Positions 61,414 to 64,000 of a DNA stretch of 64,000 nt are shown piece by piece. This DNA is from Piromyces finnis finn (taxonomy: Eukaryota; Fungi; Neocallimastigomycota). The stretch's first letter is position 1, and every line of letters starts with the position of its first letter. The notes beneath the pieces were generated by a model. That model was not told where the DNA came from. It saw only the letters and a list, made by a program, of their open reading frames with translations, and did not search any database. The stretch is from the NCBI GenBank assembly GCA_002104945.1, contig MCFH01000066.1, positions 124,001-188,000 on the forward strand, in the 5' to 3' direction. Made by a program: the position numbers and the translations under genes.

Positions 61414-62007
61414 TGTAATGGCGACACAGAAAGAATAGATTAGGATATCTATTCTATTACAATAACACAAAATTTAAAATAAAATAAAAAATTGTTTTAT
61501 TAAAAAATTATCTTTTATTATAATAGAAATTTATTAATAACAATTACATCGATCAAAATGATGAAAAATATCTTCTATTTATATTTTTCCTAAATACATT
61601 TATATTATATTATAACTATTTATTTCTTATATATTATTATTTAAAATCTACACTAAAATCTTAATTATTAATAAATATTTAAACTATAACTATTTTTAGT
61701 AAAATACAATTGGCAATTCAAATTAAGTACCATTCAATTTGAATATGTGCCCATGTATTATTTATATATTATTTATCTATTCTATGAAAAAACAATACTA
61801 AAACTAGGGATTTAAATTGAGAATTTTAATTTACTTGTTAAACATTAAAAATAAATTAATAATTTATTTTGTTTTAAACTTTAATTATTAATAAATAAAT
61901 TATGTCTCATTTTCTTTTTCTGAATATAATTTGTGTAACTTAAACAATAATACTTATGGCTTAAGTTACATTAAAGATATCAAGTTGAGGCGTTTGATAT
62001 CTTTACA
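61414..62007 (-). mobile_element. Solo LTR, family X
   Basis: TSD ATAAT at 61409-61413 and 62008-62012. Confidence 0.93.
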
Positions 62008-62029
62008 ATAATAATCTTATATTTTCTTC

Positions 62030-62922
62030 AAAACTTTTTCTCTTGAGCACATAGATAAGTTTTTCGATATCTTTATCACTGATTGTATTTAGTCACGTGA
62101 TATAATTTAGCATCACCTTATTTATATCTTTGATTGGATCATCCACCAAAGGGTCAGAGAATTTCTCTTCAGAATTTGAAAAATTTTCTGTATTATATAA
62201 GTCACGTGTATCATCAACATAGACTTGCTCGTTTATGTTGTTGATATTGTGGGTTTGGTTATTATAAATTTTGGAGTTAGAAGGGGAAGATTGAGAACTT
62301 CCCCCATTTAATTTAAATGGTTTTGGGAAAGGAGAGTAGCTATAAACTTATTCATACCAGACATTTCATTAGGGCAAAAACGAGCATCATGACCTCTCTG
62401 ATTACAGCGGTGACAGACATGAATTTTCATCTGGGCAAAACTCTTGGTCAGAGCCTCTATATTGGATTGTTGAAGATCTTGTTGAAGATCGGATTGTTGA
62501 TGAGATTGTTGATTAGATTATTGATTAGATTATTGAATTGATTGTTGATGTTTATTAGAAACTAAAATTTTACGTTTGAGTGTGGAAAAAGTGTATTTGT
62601 GATTCCTTCTACTACGAGCTGAAAAGGAAATTGAGGTAACTGAAAATTTCTTCTTTAACATGTGTAAGATTTTAATACAATCTTTCGATGAACCATGAAC
62701 CTTGGCTAAGAAAAAGTGATCATTGAAAGTGTGAAAATATTTAACATTAATAACTGAATTAAATTTATCTTCCAGAATAACCTCGAGTTTTTCCCATAGC
62801 ATATTAACTGACCATGATCGAATACCACGGATAAATAAGGAACTAATATCATCTAAAGGGATACCATAAGACCGGGTACCACGTCTGATATAATTTTTAT
62901 CTTTAATATAAAGGACTGACAT
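62030..62922 (-). pseudogene. Retroelement ORF1/Gag-like remnant with CCHC knuckle
   Basis: ORF 62922-62530 continues in frame past two TAA codons through Q/S repeats to IEALTKSFAQMKIHVCHRCNQRGHDARFC; LINE versus LTR origin unresolved. Confidence 0.55.
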
Positions 62923-63420
62923 GATAATTAATTCTAATTAAAAAATATTAAATATAAAATAAATACTAATAAAATTATAATTATAACGCATATGGGAAAA
63001 AAAACTAGTTTTGGATTGTTGTTAGTAAATTCGATTCGCTTTTTGACACTAAAATTAATTGACTTTACTTTTCATTAAATATTTAAATTAGTAAAAAAAA
63101 AATTGAATCAAGAATGTCGACACAAGAAAGCTTATGAATAGTATTTTACATGATGTAGAGTGAATCAGTCTCTTACAAGAAACAATAAAACAATAGCTAC
63201 ATGAATATAAAAATATAATGCAAATGCTAAAGTAGACCACATTGGATTCTTACATGAGAAAAGTAGTACTACATGAATACATGAATACATGAATAAAAGA
63301 AAATACTACAGCAACAAAATGTATTACTCATCTAATTAAACATTATACAAACTTACCTGAATACTAAACATTCAACTTGTCCATCAAATACTTAAATTCG
63401 ATGGATAAATGCTTTTAATC

Positions 63421-63534
63421 GCTCAGTACCATGAGCTTAGTTCTTATATTTTTCCTTTAAAGACTAACCAAGCATCCATTGCGTAATGCTTGAATTTGAT
63501 TATACTCTCTCAGTACCATAAGCATGAGTAGAGC
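63421..63534. other. Structured dispersed repeat (three hairpins), copy 2
   Basis: See 51243-51364. Confidence 0.6.
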
Positions 63535-64000
63535 ACCTTGTTTTTTTTTAGACTAGGAAGAGAATACACATCTTTTTTTATTTATTTAATATATGATTTT
63601 ACATAATATTAGGTGATAATACATATTGATATAATAAATAATAAATAAAAATAATAAAATATATATAAATAAAAATATAAATATAAAATAATATAAAATA
63701 ATTATTTAAGTTGCATAAAAGTTCAATGAACTCTGCAATGTACTGTGTGGGATTGGTCCCTACCTAATAAATTAAATGAAATAAAAAAAAGAAGTAACAT
63801 CAGGTATGATAGTGTGGTGTCCACTAAACTTTCCCATGAGTTCATAATGTTTTCATTCAAAGAAATACTAACATTGAACTCTGTGTACGGAACATTGAGA
63901 CTGTTCCTTTGCCATATCGTTACGACGTCGGCGCTCTTGATTACGTTAGGTGTCTTACTAAACCTATCAAAAAGTAGCTTCATAGAGCTACTAATGATAG

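Noticed and set aside
63723-63983. 86-aa minus-strand ORF at the window edge
   Set aside because: Moderately protein-like, but I recognise no family and it probably runs in from outside the window; not supportable.

Overview
Extremely AT-rich eukaryotic DNA, most likely from an anaerobic gut fungus (Neocallimastigomycota). That is inferred from base composition, short AT-rich GT-AG introns, a CE16-type acetylesterase and a CotH-like fragment. The window is mostly a nested retrotransposon pile. It holds several Ty3/Gypsy elements, which I label A-E and V plus LTR families X, Y, Z and U. A and E carry chromodomains and B a degenerate one. It also holds two Ty1/Copia remnants and two APE/RT-type LINE remnants with short LINE-tail copies. 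I could reconstruct only one intact host gene, a 4-exon SGNH/CE16 esterase at 28181-29408 (-). Many insertions resolve to the base through TG..CA termini and 4-5 bp target-site duplications (TSDs). The most interesting signals lie in the LTRs. (1) Tf1-like tRNA-independent self-priming sites occur with three different 10-11 nt primer sequences, each 32-40 nt downstream of the start of a TATAAATA. (2) One LTR type appears to be used in opposite orientations by two different chromovirus families, and at 47114-47865 it has a polypurine tract (PPT) on both sides. (3) Element D has a primer-binding site (PBS) that is a 17/17 complement of another family's LTR, not of its own. (4) LTR family V carries a tRNA-Gln-like Pol III A/B-box module, and two diverged LTRs sit in tandem at one TSD just upstream of it. 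Coordinates and alignments were read by eye; no searches were run.
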